Virus record (IMG/VR): IMGVR_UViG_3300017747_002940
Location: 1 to 35,899 of that record
From: a virus
Lineage: Duplodnaviria; Caudoviricetes
Direction: 5' to 3' (one strand)
DNA length: 35,899 nucleotides
A program made the translations under genes and the position numbers. The notes beneath the pieces are model-generated. The model had not been told where the DNA came from. It worked only from the letters and a program-made list of their open reading frames with translations, and did no database searches. Shown here piece by piece: positions 5,555 through 13,286 of the stretch; the stretch's first letter is position 1; each line of letters starts with the position of its first letter.

Positions 5555-5979
5555 GCTCTTGTCCCCAATGGGAAATTGATCGGATTGTTTGCGTAGTGCC
5601 AAATGCTGGCAATTTGCACCGGCCGACGCCATGAATAATTGCGCGGTTCAACGGTTTGCGCTTTTGCTGGCTTTGGCAATTTTGGGCTTGTTGCCGTTTT
5701 TATGCGCTTGCGTTCTCGGGCTCGCTTACGCTTCCGCTCTTTCCGTTGCTCAGAGAAAACAGCATAGATACCGACAGGCCCGTAGCGGTTATTGGGGCCT
5801 TTGGTCATTTCGGAGAGCCCGCGTCCAGCAAGAACGCGCATGTATGCCTGGGCATGATGCACTGTCAGCCCAGTAGCTGCGCACACATCAATTAAGCGTA
5901 TGCCGGCCATACCTGAACCCAGCACCAGCGACAAAACTTGTTGCAGCTTTGCTTCGGGCATTGCGTATTGGCCTTTCAT
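5551..5979 (-). CDS. Hypothetical basic protein (possible wHTH)
   Basis: ATGA-coupled on both sides. Confidence 0.6.
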   Translation of the reverse strand: MKGQYAMPEAKLQQVLSLVLGSGMAGIRLIDVCAATGLTVHHAQAYMRVLAGRGLSEMTKGPNNRYGPVGIYAVFSEQRKERKRKRARERKRIKTATSPKLPKPAKAQTVEPRNYSWRRPVQIASIWHYANNPINFPLGTRA

Positions 5980-6473
5980 TTAATCGCCAGCCTCCAACCT
6001 TGCGCCAGCGTCACGCCCGGGATGTCTGCACCGCCTTGAATTGCGGTCTTCAGAAGCGCTTTGTCCGGTTCTGGCTCTGGCGCAGGCTTTTGACGCATGT
6101 ATTGCGCAGGAATTACGGCGCCGTCTGCAATCTGTACGGCTGGCGGCTTCTTTGCTATCTTTGCCGCCCATTCGTCGGTTGCAATCTCTGTTGTTCCCGT
6201 CGTCTGCATGTGTGTGAGTGCGTATTCCCGCAAAGCCTCTGCACGGCTGTCCAACGTTTTTGCGCGGTCGGCCATGCGCTTTGCTGCATCCTTGGCGCCA
6301 CCGGCCAAAATGTCAAGTTCCAAGCCATACGCGATGACTGCGCGCAACTTGTCGTGCAAGTCCCCCTGTAGGCTTTCTATGGTGTCGCGCACCACTTCGA
6401 CGGGCATGTCTACGTCTGCCAGTTCGGCAAGCTGGGTGCGGTATTCGGCTGCAATGTGAAAAAGGGCGGTCAT
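5976..6473 (-). CDS. Siphovirus Gp157-like protein
   Basis: Coiled coil then KIAKKPPAVQI...IPAQYM...PEPDKALLKTAIQGGADIPGVTL; sits next to the SSAP as is typical. Confidence 0.8.
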   Translation of the reverse strand: MTALFHIAAEYRTQLAELADVDMPVEVVRDTIESLQGDLHDKLRAVIAYGLELDILAGGAKDAAKRMADRAKTLDSRAEALREYALTHMQTTGTTEIATDEWAAKIAKKPPAVQIADGAVIPAQYMRQKPAPEPEPDKALLKTAIQGGADIPGVTLAQGWRLAIK

Positions 6474-7105
6474 GTTGTCACTTTCTGGACTTTCGCCATC
6501 TTGGTTGCTTGTGCTGCAAGAAATTGGCTTTCAGCATCGCCGTCGTTTTCAGCGCGGGCTTCTTCAATGGCTTCGTGTGTCAATCGCTTGCACTCGCCCA
6601 CGGTCGGCGAAAACTGGATTGCCTCCAGCCACGCGGCCAGCCATTGCGCACGATCCGGGCTGTCTGTGCGTGGCTCGTCGGCATGCAAATCTCCTTTGTG
6701 CCACAAGTCCAGCGCCGCACCGAAGCGCATGGCGGCATTGCGCAGAGCATCCCCAATGCGCTCCTTCATGGCGGCTGGGCCGGTCTTGCCTTCAGCGTCC
6801 CCGTAGCCCATGCGCGTAACCCCGCAGATGGTAAGGCGAATCCACAAGCCCCCATTGCTGTCCAGCTTGGGCAAGCCATCCCCGTCAAAGGCCACCGGCG
6901 CCCATGTCCAAGTGGGGTCGGTGTCCAGCAGTCGATCCGTTAAAGCTGCGTGGCCCACGTAATCAAGGTGCATGGCCGGCAGCCCGTGATAGCCACCGCA
7001 CTCTGGACAGTTGCCCTTAGGTGAGTCTTTTTTGTACGGCTTGGGTAGCTTGCTGATTTGGTGCGCAGGAAAGGGGGTGCGCAGAAGTTGCAATTTGTCG
7101 CTCAT
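6470..7105 (-). CDS. Rad52/Rad22 (Sak-like) single-strand annealing protein
   Basis: LDYVGHAALTDRL...KERIGDALRNAAMRFGAALDLW resembles the Rad52-family motif. Confidence 0.75.
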   Translation of the reverse strand: MSDKLQLLRTPFPAHQISKLPKPYKKDSPKGNCPECGGYHGLPAMHLDYVGHAALTDRLLDTDPTWTWAPVAFDGDGLPKLDSNGGLWIRLTICGVTRMGYGDAEGKTGPAAMKERIGDALRNAAMRFGAALDLWHKGDLHADEPRTDSPDRAQWLAAWLEAIQFSPTVGECKRLTHEAIEEARAENDGDAESQFLAAQATKMAKVQKVTT

Positions 7106-7112
7106 GTAAACC

Positions 7113-7226
7113 TCAAAACGGCGGGCGTTGGACGGTCGTTTTCCATGCTTGGAACAGCGCTTGGTGCATTGGCAAGTGACCGCGCAGCAGGCGATACATC
7201 AGCAAAAATGTACGGGCGCGGCTCAT
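7113..7226 (-). CDS. Small hypothetical protein
   Basis: ATGA-coupled; MSRARTFLLMYRLLRGHL. Confidence 0.45.
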   Translation of the reverse strand: MSRARTFLLMYRLLRGHLPMHQALFQAWKTTVQRPPF

Positions 7227-7378
7227 GTCGCGCTCACGCGGGTCAGAATCACCAGCCACGCCACCACTGCCACCAGCAGGACGGCAATCACGAAGTCTGC
7301 CATGTGCCCGTGACGATTGATAGCATCCAGGTGACCGTCGAATTCTTCGTCGGTCATGTCCCGAATGCGGCGGTTCAT
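7223..7378 (-). CDS. Small membrane protein (51 aa)
   Basis: Manual translation MNRRIRDMTDEEFDGHLDAINRHGHMADFVIAVLLVAVVAWLVILTRVSAT; AGGAG RBS. Confidence 0.6.
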   Translation of the reverse strand: MNRRIRDMTDEEFDGHLDAINRHGHMADFVIAVLLVAVVAWLVILTRVSAT

Positions 7379-7545
7379 TGCTTGCTCCTGACGATTTCAT
7401 CCAGCATGGCATGCAAACGCGCCCGACGTGCGGCTGCTTCACGCTCGCGCAAGGCTTGCAATGCCTGTTCGTTGGCGCGTGTTTGCATCGGCGTCAGGGC
7501 CGGGAAAGGCCAGGGGCTAGGCCCCCAGTGATGTGTGGCTTTCAT
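7375..7545 (-). CDS. Small hypothetical protein (56 aa)
   Basis: GGAGG RBS, ATGA coupling; MKATHHWGPSPWPFP. Confidence 0.55.
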   Translation of the reverse strand: MKATHHWGPSPWPFPALTPMQTRANEQALQALREREAAARRARLHAMLDEIVRSKQ

Positions 7546-7832
7546 GCTACCTCCGACTGGTAGCGCTCAACTTGAGCAGCAGCCAGGAAGTCGGCGCGCT
7601 CGATAGCCGCGTCCGCAACATCGTCGGCGTATTGCGCTTCAGACTGCCGGGTGACGGCCCAGTCGATGCAGTCGCACAGCGCAGGGCGCAGGATGTCGCG
7701 CGGGTCAACCCAGCCGTCGCGCCATTGCAATTCTGTGGCGTAGTGCGTGGGGATAGCATCTTCGTCGCTGTCATAGCGAACTGTGAACGCGACGCCATCA
7801 ACGGTGACTGTGGTTTCCAGGGGCTTGGGCAT
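7542..7832 (-). CDS. Hypothetical early protein
   Basis: First ORF after the leftward promoter. Confidence 0.65.
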   Translation of the reverse strand: MPKPLETTVTVDGVAFTVRYDSDEDAIPTHYATELQWRDGWVDPRDILRPALCDCIDWAVTRQSEAQYADDVADAAIERADFLAAAQVERYQSEVA

Positions 7833-7868
7833 GTTGCTGTCCGGTCGGTGTGTTGCTGCGATGTAGAG

Positions 7869-7897
7869 ACTGTGCCCGGATTCGGTGAGGCTGTCAA
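7869..7897 (-). promoter_or_regulatory. Leftward early promoter candidate
   Basis: TTGACA-17 bp-CACAGT on the minus strand. Confidence 0.55.
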
Positions 7898-7903
7898 CCG
7901 CTT

Positions 7904-7927
7904 TTGGTTAGGACAAACCCTAACCAA
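7904..7927. promoter_or_regulatory. Palindromic operator candidate
   Basis: TTGGTTAGG-ACAAAC-CCTAACCAA between the divergent -35 boxes. Confidence 0.55.
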
Positions 7928-7933
7928 TTCCGG

Positions 7934-7962
7934 TTGACGCCAAGCCCCACATCCGGTAATGT
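7934..7962 (+). promoter_or_regulatory. Rightward promoter candidate
   Basis: TTGACG-17 bp-TAATGT, 7 nt before ATG 7970. Confidence 0.55.
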
Positions 7963-7969
7963 CCAGCAC

Positions 7970-8176
7970 ATGAACATCAAACCACTTCCCACAATGGAAG
8001 CTGTGCGTCAAGCACTGGCGCCCCTGACGCTCAGGCAGCTAGACAAGTTGCAAGAGCTATCCGGCGTGCCGGCGACCACGGTTTACAAGATCAAGCAAGG
8101 GGAAACGGCAAACCCTGGCATTGACACGGTGCGCAAGTTTTTGCCGCACATCGAAGCCGCTAAAAAAGGAGCATGA
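7970..8176 (+). CDS. Cro-like HTH regulator
   Basis: LRQLDKLQELSGVPATTVYKIKQGETANPGIDTVRK XRE/Cro HTH. Confidence 0.8.
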   Translation: MNIKPLPTMEAVRQALAPLTLRQLDKLQELSGVPATTVYKIKQGETANPGIDTVRKFLPHIEAAKKGA

Positions 8177-8177
8177 C

Positions 8178-8315
8178 ATGCCAAGTTTTTTTGATGAGCC
8201 GCCGGAGCAACTGCAATCCACCATGCGCTGGGTTGCCGGATTTCTTCTTGGTTGCGCGTCTTGCGTTCTGCTGGTGTTGGCTGGCCTGCTGGTTCAGCTG
8301 GGGGTGTGCCGATGA
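8178..8315 (+). CDS. Small membrane protein
   Basis: AGGAG RBS; one hydrophobic helix. Confidence 0.55.
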   Translation: MPSFFDEPPEQLQSTMRWVAGFLLGCASCVLLVLAGLLVQLGVCR

Positions 8316-8485
8316 CCGGCCCGAAGCTCTACCCCCTCGGATCGCACATCAAAGGCGTCCGCAACAACAACGGCCACCGCACAAGCCAGCACCAGGCGAC
8401 AAAGGGGCGCAGCAACGCGGCAGCGGTGCCGCTTGCGCGGGTTGGGGCGGTGCTGCCGTGGGTGGCACCGACGGAAAGAGCATGA
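8312..8485 (+). CDS. Small hypothetical protein
   Basis: ATGA-coupled on both sides. Confidence 0.5.
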   Translation: MTGPKLYPLGSHIKGVRNNNGHRTSQHQATKGRSNAAAVPLARVGAVLPWVAPTERA

Positions 8486-8730
8486 ACGAGACGACTGACT
8501 TTGCCGAAATGTGGGTATCTGTGACCGCGCTGCGCAGTGCGATTGCCGGCGGCTATGTGAAGCCGGGAGGAGATGAGCGCACGACGCTTGTTCTGGCGGC
8601 AGAGATTGATAGGCTGCGCGAGGCCCTGCATGAGATTGCAGAAGCCGACATGACGACAAAGGGGTTTCAGATGATGGCCGCCGAAGCGCTGGATGCCCCT
8701 GCCCCGCCACACCCGGGGCAACAACCGTGA
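8482..8730 (+). CDS. Hypothetical protein
   Basis: ATGA-coupled; AAEIDRLREALHEIA coiled coil. Confidence 0.6.
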   Translation: MNETTDFAEMWVSVTALRSAIAGGYVKPGGDERTTLVLAAEIDRLREALHEIAEADMTTKGFQMMAAEALDAPAPPHPGQQP

Positions 8731-8736
8731 AACCCC

Positions 8737-8766
8737 TTGCGCATCTGTGCGGTAGCACGCTATGAT
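8737..8766 (+). promoter_or_regulatory. Promoter candidate upstream of replication gene
   Basis: TTGCGC-18 bp-TATGAT. Confidence 0.45.
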
Positions 8767-8771
8767 GCAAA

Positions 8772-8892
8772 CATCCATTGCTTGGCGGCGAAGGATGCAG
8801 TCATGAGGCCACTAGCTCATGCGTTCTGTGGGGGGGAAACCCCTCAACGCCGCCAAGCACAGAACGCAGCAGCTAGTGGCCTTTTTGTTTTT
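8772..8892 (+). ncRNA. Structured leader RNA / attenuator upstream of replication initiator
   Basis: Long stem 8806-8830 pairing with 8858-8882 followed by a T-run; 11-nt complement 8780-8790 / 8848-8858. Confidence 0.6.
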
Positions 8893-8900
8893 GGCGCCAT

Positions 8901-9758
8901 GTGAACTACTTTCCTTTCCATGTTGGCGATTACGCAGCCCATACGGCACACCTGGAGCCGATGGAAGACCTTGCTTATCGGCGCATGCTCGACCTGTACT
9001 ACTTGCGCGAGTGCTCGTTGCCTCATGAGCCGGCAGAAGTTGCCCGCCTGATTCGCATGCGCGCGAACGTGGCAGAGGTTGAGGCCGTGCTGCGCGAGTT
9101 TTTTACGCATACCGATGGCTGCGGTTGGAGCCATGCGCGCTGTGAAGCCGAAATTGCAAAGATGCAGGATAAACAAGCGAAGGCTAAAGCGTCCGCTCAC
9201 GCATCAGTGAATGCGCGTCAAGCGAACGCTCAACGAACGCTCAACGAACGCTCAACGCATGTTGAGCTACCAACACCAACACCAACACCAACACCAGAAG
9301 ATTCTGTAGCTAAAGCTACAGACGCCGCTGCCGCGTCGGCTCCGGTTGCTGACGCAAAGCCAAACAAGCCGCCGAAGTCGGCAGAGGACATGGCAAAGTC
9401 GGACCTCTGGCAAGCGGCTGTCTCCGTTTTGGAGGCTGGCGGCTGTCCGAAGTCGCAATGCAGGACGTTCATGGGGAAACTTGTGCAGGATTACACGCTG
9501 CTGACTGTGCAGCAGGCTGTTGCAGCCGCTGTCAGCGTACAGCCCGCTGATGCCAGGGAATACCTGAAAGCTACATGCCAGCGGCTGAAGGGGGAGCGAA
9601 AAGACCCCGTGACGGTTGCCAGCGACGCCGCGGAGAAGACAGCGGCATTTTTGGCGGCGCAATCGGCTCCCAAGCCTGGTATGACCGAGGAGCAGAGAGC
9701 AGCCCTGGCAGCGGCGCGCAGGGTAGGTGGCACAGCATCACTGAGGGCGGTAGGATGA
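8901..9758 (+). CDS. DUF1376/YdaU-family replication initiator
   Basis: MNYFPFHVGDYAAHTAHLEPMEDLAYRRMLDLYY signature; internal repeats and PTPTPT linker. Confidence 0.85.
   Translation: MNYFPFHVGDYAAHTAHLEPMEDLAYRRMLDLYYLRECSLPHEPAEVARLIRMRANVAEVEAVLREFFTHTDGCGWSHARCEAEIAKMQDKQAKAKASAHASVNARQANAQRTLNERSTHVELPTPTPTPTPEDSVAKATDAAAASAPVADAKPNKPPKSAEDMAKSDLWQAAVSVLEAGGCPKSQCRTFMGKLVQDYTLLTVQQAVAAAVSVQPADAREYLKATCQRLKGERKDPVTVASDAAEKTAAFLAAQSAPKPGMTEEQRAALAAARRVGGTASLRAVG
9223..9296 (+). repeat. Iteron-like repeats (putative origin)
   Basis: (CGAACGCTCAA)x3 at 9223-9255, inverted GTTGAGC at 9261-9267, (ACCAAC)x4 from 9269. Confidence 0.65.
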
Positions 9759-9961
9759 GCTTGTACGAAAAAGCCTTTGCCGAGGGCGAGCGTGCATCAT
9801 GGCGGGACCGACAAGCGGGCCAGCTTCGAGAGAAACCCAACGAGCCCATGGGCGCTTACGGTGTGGGGTGGTGGGACGGCTACACGCCCCGCACGTCAGC
9901 GTGGGCTGTAAGGACGCGGGCTGTGGTGGCGTTTGAGGCGGGGCAAGCAAAGCAAGCGTGA
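9755..9961 (+). CDS. Hypothetical protein
   Basis: ATGA-coupled; YEKAFAEG...WWDGY. Confidence 0.6.
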   Translation: MSLYEKAFAEGERASWRDRQAGQLREKPNEPMGAYGVGWWDGYTPRTSAWAVRTRAVVAFEAGQAKQA

Positions 9962-10362
9962 TGAGCAAGCGCGTATTTGGCCTAGTCCACGTGGAGGCGC
10001 GCAAGCGTGCAGCCCAGGCTGTTGCAGAGGCTCCGAATGGTTACGTGTGCGAGGTGCGAGAGCCGTCCAGAAACGGCGCTCAAAACGCGCTGCTGTGGGT
10101 TTGGTTGACGGCTTTTGCTGAACAGCTTGTGTGGCCCGTGAACGGATCAATGGTCAAACTAGAGCCGGAAGAATGGAAAGACCTGCTGACCGCTGCCTAC
10201 CGCCAGGAATCGCAGCGCGTGGCAATGGGCTTGAGTGGCGGGATGGTCATGCTGGGCATGCGGACAAGCAAGATGGGAAAGCGGGAGTTTGCAGAGTTTT
10301 TGTCTTTTGTCGAAAGTGTTGCCGCTGACCGTGGCGTGGCGCTTGAGGATGCGACGGTATGA
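9961..10362 (+). CDS. ninB: NinB-family recombination protein
   Basis: RNGAQNALLW...EEWKDLLTAA...LGMRTSKMGKREFAEFLSFV. Confidence 0.85.
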   Translation: MSKRVFGLVHVEARKRAAQAVAEAPNGYVCEVREPSRNGAQNALLWVWLTAFAEQLVWPVNGSMVKLEPEEWKDLLTAAYRQESQRVAMGLSGGMVMLGMRTSKMGKREFAEFLSFVESVAADRGVALEDATV

Positions 10363-10550
10363 GCGCTGGCGACAAATGGCAACTCCCCGGAGGCCACTTG
10401 GCTATTGAGGTTGACGGCAGCACACCCGACACCCTGCGAGTCTGCGTTATTCCGCCCGGATGGGCGTGGGTCAAACCGCCGCAAGACGTGGCCCGGGTGC
10501 TGTGCGAGCGCTTGCCAATGCGGTATTACGGGGGTGCTGTGCCATGCTGA
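10359..10550 (+). CDS. Hypothetical protein
   Basis: ATGA-coupled to ninB. Confidence 0.55.
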   Translation: MSAGDKWQLPGGHLAIEVDGSTPDTLRVCVIPPGWAWVKPPQDVARVLCERLPMRYYGGAVPC

Positions 10551-11158
10551 CCCGCAAGGCCCCTCTACGCGCCAGCACCACGGCAACGCTCCGTGTCCGG
10601 CTGAAACGCTGCAAGCACTGCCGGCAAGGCTTTGCGCCTGCCGCATCGTTCCAGACCCATTGCCGTGCGGAAGCCTGCGCAGTGGCTGCGCTCCAAGCCG
10701 TGCAAGACAAGCGGGCGAAGGCCAAAGCCAAGGAAAAGGCGGCGGAGAAGAAACAGGACCGCGCCAAGCTGGCCGCACTCAAGAGCCGGGCAACGCTGAT
10801 CCGCGAGGCACAGACAGCCGTGAACGCATGGATTCGCCTGCGGGACGCTGACAAGCCCTGCGTGAGCTGCGGAAGATGGCACGAAGGCCAATGGCACGCG
10901 GGACATTTTCAAAGCACGGGAGCGCGCCCAGACCTAAGATTTGACGAGGCCAACATCCACAAACAATGCCAGCCCTGTAACACCCACCTAAGCGGGAACC
11001 TGATCCACTACAGGGCAGAGCTAGTCCGAAGGATAGGACTTGCAGAGGTTGAGAGATTGGAAGGCCCTGCCAGCCCTGACAAGCTGAGCCGGGAAGACAT
11101 CATTGCGCTGCGCAAAACTTACGCAGCCAAGGCCAAGCAACTGAAGGAAGCAGCGTGA
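10544..11158 (+). CDS. ninG: NinG/Rap-family endonuclease
   Basis: NAWIRLRDADKPCVSCG...WHAGHF...LRFDEANIHKQCQPCNTHLSGNLIHYR. Confidence 0.9.
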   Translation: MLTRKAPLRASTTATLRVRLKRCKHCRQGFAPAASFQTHCRAEACAVAALQAVQDKRAKAKAKEKAAEKKQDRAKLAALKSRATLIREAQTAVNAWIRLRDADKPCVSCGRWHEGQWHAGHFQSTGARPDLRFDEANIHKQCQPCNTHLSGNLIHYRAELVRRIGLAEVERLEGPASPDKLSREDIIALRKTYAAKAKQLKEAA

Positions 11159-11161
11159 ACA

Positions 11162-11365
11162 TCAGCGCGCAAACCGGCTCGGCCACGGCCTCCCCCTGGG
11201 TAGCACTACGGGCGGATCAGCAGCAGCGCACGCCCGTGTCAGCGTGGATGGCGCTATACCAAGCAGCGCTGCTACCCCGCTTAGGTCAGGGTGCTTTCCG
11301 GCTGCCAGGCGTTCGCGCAGCAACGCCACGCCGCGCGCTGTTAGGGGAGATTGTCGGCCGGTCAC
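11162..11365 (-). CDS. Small HTH protein (moron)
   Basis: DLSGVAALLGIAPSTLTRA; GTGA coupling with the upstream ORF. Confidence 0.55.
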   Translation of the reverse strand: MTGRQSPLTARGVALLRERLAAGKHPDLSGVAALLGIAPSTLTRACAAADPPVVLPRGRPWPSRFAR

Positions 11366-11562
11366 TGCCCGGGCATCCGCAGATGCGGCGTCCGCACGGT
11401 GGCCAGGCTGGCGACGGTGTTGCCGTCCTCGCACCAGTTGTTGTTCACGATGTCGCAGGCGTTTTTCTCATCAATCCCGTCCTGGATCAGCAGGCGCACG
11501 GCACGGTTCATCAGGTCGCAATCGGCTTGGCTGAAACCGCTGGTATTGTCGGTCGTGAACAT
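11362..11562 (-). CDS. Hypothetical protein (moron)
   Basis: GAGG RBS; MFTTDNTSGFSQADCDLMN. Confidence 0.65.
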   Translation of the reverse strand: MFTTDNTSGFSQADCDLMNRAVRLLIQDGIDEKNACDIVNNNWCEDGNTVASLATVRTPHLRMPGQ

Positions 11563-11574
11563 GGCGCAGTGTCC

Positions 11575-11793
11575 TCAGATGGCGACGGCGCGCAGGGTGG
11601 TGGGGCGATCTGCTGCGGCCAGATCAGCCAGCAGTTCGGCGGCCGAGTCGTAGCCCAGCGCGTCGGCCACATAGGCAAAAGCGGCGGCTTCCGACGCGCA
11701 TTCGCACTTGGCGCAATACACGGCGCCGACAGTTCCGGCGGCGTAGCCAGGGAAATCCTTAATGCGGACGGCTTCAACGCGGTAGGTGGTCAT
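11575..11793 (-). CDS. Hypothetical protein (moron)
   Basis: AGGGG RBS, ATG 11793. Confidence 0.6.
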   Translation of the reverse strand: MTTYRVEAVRIKDFPGYAAGTVGAVYCAKCECASEAAAFAYVADALGYDSAAELLADLAAADRPTTLRAVAI

Positions 11794-11841
11794 TTTGGTT
11801 CCCCTTGTTTGGCCCCGCGACATGCAGAACCCATGAGCAGT

Positions 11842-11870
11842 AATGTACGCAACATCGAGGCATCATGCAA
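11842..11870 (-). promoter_or_regulatory. Moron promoter candidate
   Basis: TTGCAT-17 bp-TACATT on the minus strand. Confidence 0.5.
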
Positions 11871-11912
11871 GCATAAAACGTAGGTGCAAACCCTAACCGT
11901 GAGAAAACGCAC

Positions 11913-12170
11913 ATGAGCTTGGACAGAATCGACCTAGCCCTGAGACTGCTGGCGGAGCGTGACGCCGCAGCAGCCGACATCGAGCGCCTGGGAGCAAGAG
12001 AACGCGAGGCTTTAACCCTGCTGGTAAAAGGGTTTGATTTGGACGAAATAGGCGACCGCATGGGCCTGAGCGCGCAGAGTGCCAAGAGCAATCTCAGTAG
12101 AGCCGGGCAAAGATTGGGGCTGTCGCGCGTGGAATTGATTGTGCTTGCAACAAAAGCAGGGATGGCGTAA
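11913..12170 (+). CDS. LuxR/GerE-type HTH regulator
   Basis: LGAREREALTLLVKGFDLDEIGDRMGLSAQSAKSNLSRAGQRLGLSRVEL. Confidence 0.85.
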   Translation: MSLDRIDLALRLLAERDAAAADIERLGAREREALTLLVKGFDLDEIGDRMGLSAQSAKSNLSRAGQRLGLSRVELIVLATKAGMA

Positions 12171-12260
12171 TGTATAATCCATTCTCGTGCACAAAGAATC
12201 CACCCTGGCCACGACGGAACGATGGGGCGCATCAACGCGAGATGTGCAGGATTCGGCAGG

Positions 12261-12283
12261 GAGCCGGGCTTAGGTCCGGCTTT
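12261..12283 (+). terminator. Possible intrinsic terminator
   Basis: AGCCGGGC-TTAG-GTCCGGCT followed by a short T-run. Confidence 0.4.
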
Positions 12284-12301
12284 CGGCTTCATGGGTGACG
12301 C

Positions 12302-12538
12302 ATGAAACTTGGCAGCCTTCAACTCCGCGTGATGCTCTACTGCGCTAGCAAACCAGACGCACGCCTGACCGCCGCAGAGATAGCCACGCGGTTCAGATTT
12401 AAGTGCCGAGAAAATGTGACGACCGCACTACGGCGCGCGGTTGATTCTGGATGGCTGCAGCGTCACAATGGATCGCAGCGGTGCGAGTATGGCGCTGGGC
12501 CGCAGTTGCTGCGGGTTGTGAAGATGGAGGCTAGCTGA
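12302..12538 (+). CDS. Winged-helix protein
   Basis: LTAAEIATRF...TTALRRAVDSGWL. Confidence 0.6.
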   Translation: MKLGSLQLRVMLYCASKPDARLTAAEIATRFRFKCRENVTTALRRAVDSGWLQRHNGSQRCEYGAGPQLLRVVKMEAS

Positions 12539-12804
12539 TGTCGGAAACACTGAGGCCCGGCGATAAATTCACCGTCGCAGGCGTTGGCTATGACAAAGAC
12601 GGCTGGCTCGTGTTAAACGGTCATCGTGGCGATGGTCGGCGCAGCGTGGCGCTACAGGATGCAGTGTGGACAGCGCAAGCAACCCCAGACGGGGAAACGC
12701 TGCCGGCAATCATCGGCTCAATCCCAGCCGTCCTGCCAAAGCAAGCAAAGCCGCAGCCAAGAGCACCGCAAGGGCCAGCGCGCAAAAGATGGGGGAAGGC
12801 GTAA
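12538..12804 (+). CDS. Hypothetical protein
   Basis: GGAGG RBS, TGATG coupling. Confidence 0.6.
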   Translation: MSETLRPGDKFTVAGVGYDKDGWLVLNGHRGDGRRSVALQDAVWTAQATPDGETLPAIIGSIPAVLPKQAKPQPRAPQGPARKRWGKA

Positions 12805-12806
12805 CC

Positions 12807-13286
12807 GTGGCACAAGCCAGCACCTACAACAAGGAAGACGGCGAGACAATCTGCGCCGCACTGGCGGAAGGCCATTCGCTGCTGTCAATCTGCGAGGCGA
12901 TGGGTATTTCTTACTCCGCTGCAGTCAGGTGGGAACAAGACATACCCGAACACGCGGCAAATTCCACGCGCGCGCGGGAAATTGGCTGTCACGCAATGGC
13001 GCAACAGTGCTTGCAAATTGCGGACGACGACACGCGAGATTGGGAGCCAATCAAAGACCAAGACGGCCAAATAATCGGCGTCAAGGTGGATGGCGAGCAT
13101 GTCCAGCGGTCAAAGCTGCGCATTGAAACCCGCATGCGATTGATTGGCAAATGGTTGCCGAAGATATACGGCGACAAACTGGCGGTTGGTGGCGCAGATG
13201 ATTTGCCTGCAATCAAAACAGCCCGCCCACTTGCAGACATGAGTTTGATTGAGATTCGCGCGGCGCTGGATAAGCTCACCAAGTGA
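12807..13286 (+). CDS. terS: Terminase small subunit (Sf6-like)
   Basis: ICAALAEGHSLLSIC...RAREIG...VQRSKLRIETRMRLIGKWLPKIYGDK; precedes TerL. Confidence 0.85.
   Translation: MAQASTYNKEDGETICAALAEGHSLLSICEAMGISYSAAVRWEQDIPEHAANSTRAREIGCHAMAQQCLQIADDDTRDWEPIKDQDGQIIGVKVDGEHVQRSKLRIETRMRLIGKWLPKIYGDKLAVGGADDLPAIKTARPLADMSLIEIRAALDKLTK

Noticed and set aside
11155-11883. 242-aa plus-strand ORF after ninG
   Set aside because: Looks like the antisense shadow of three minus-strand ORFs that have RBSs and a promoter candidate.
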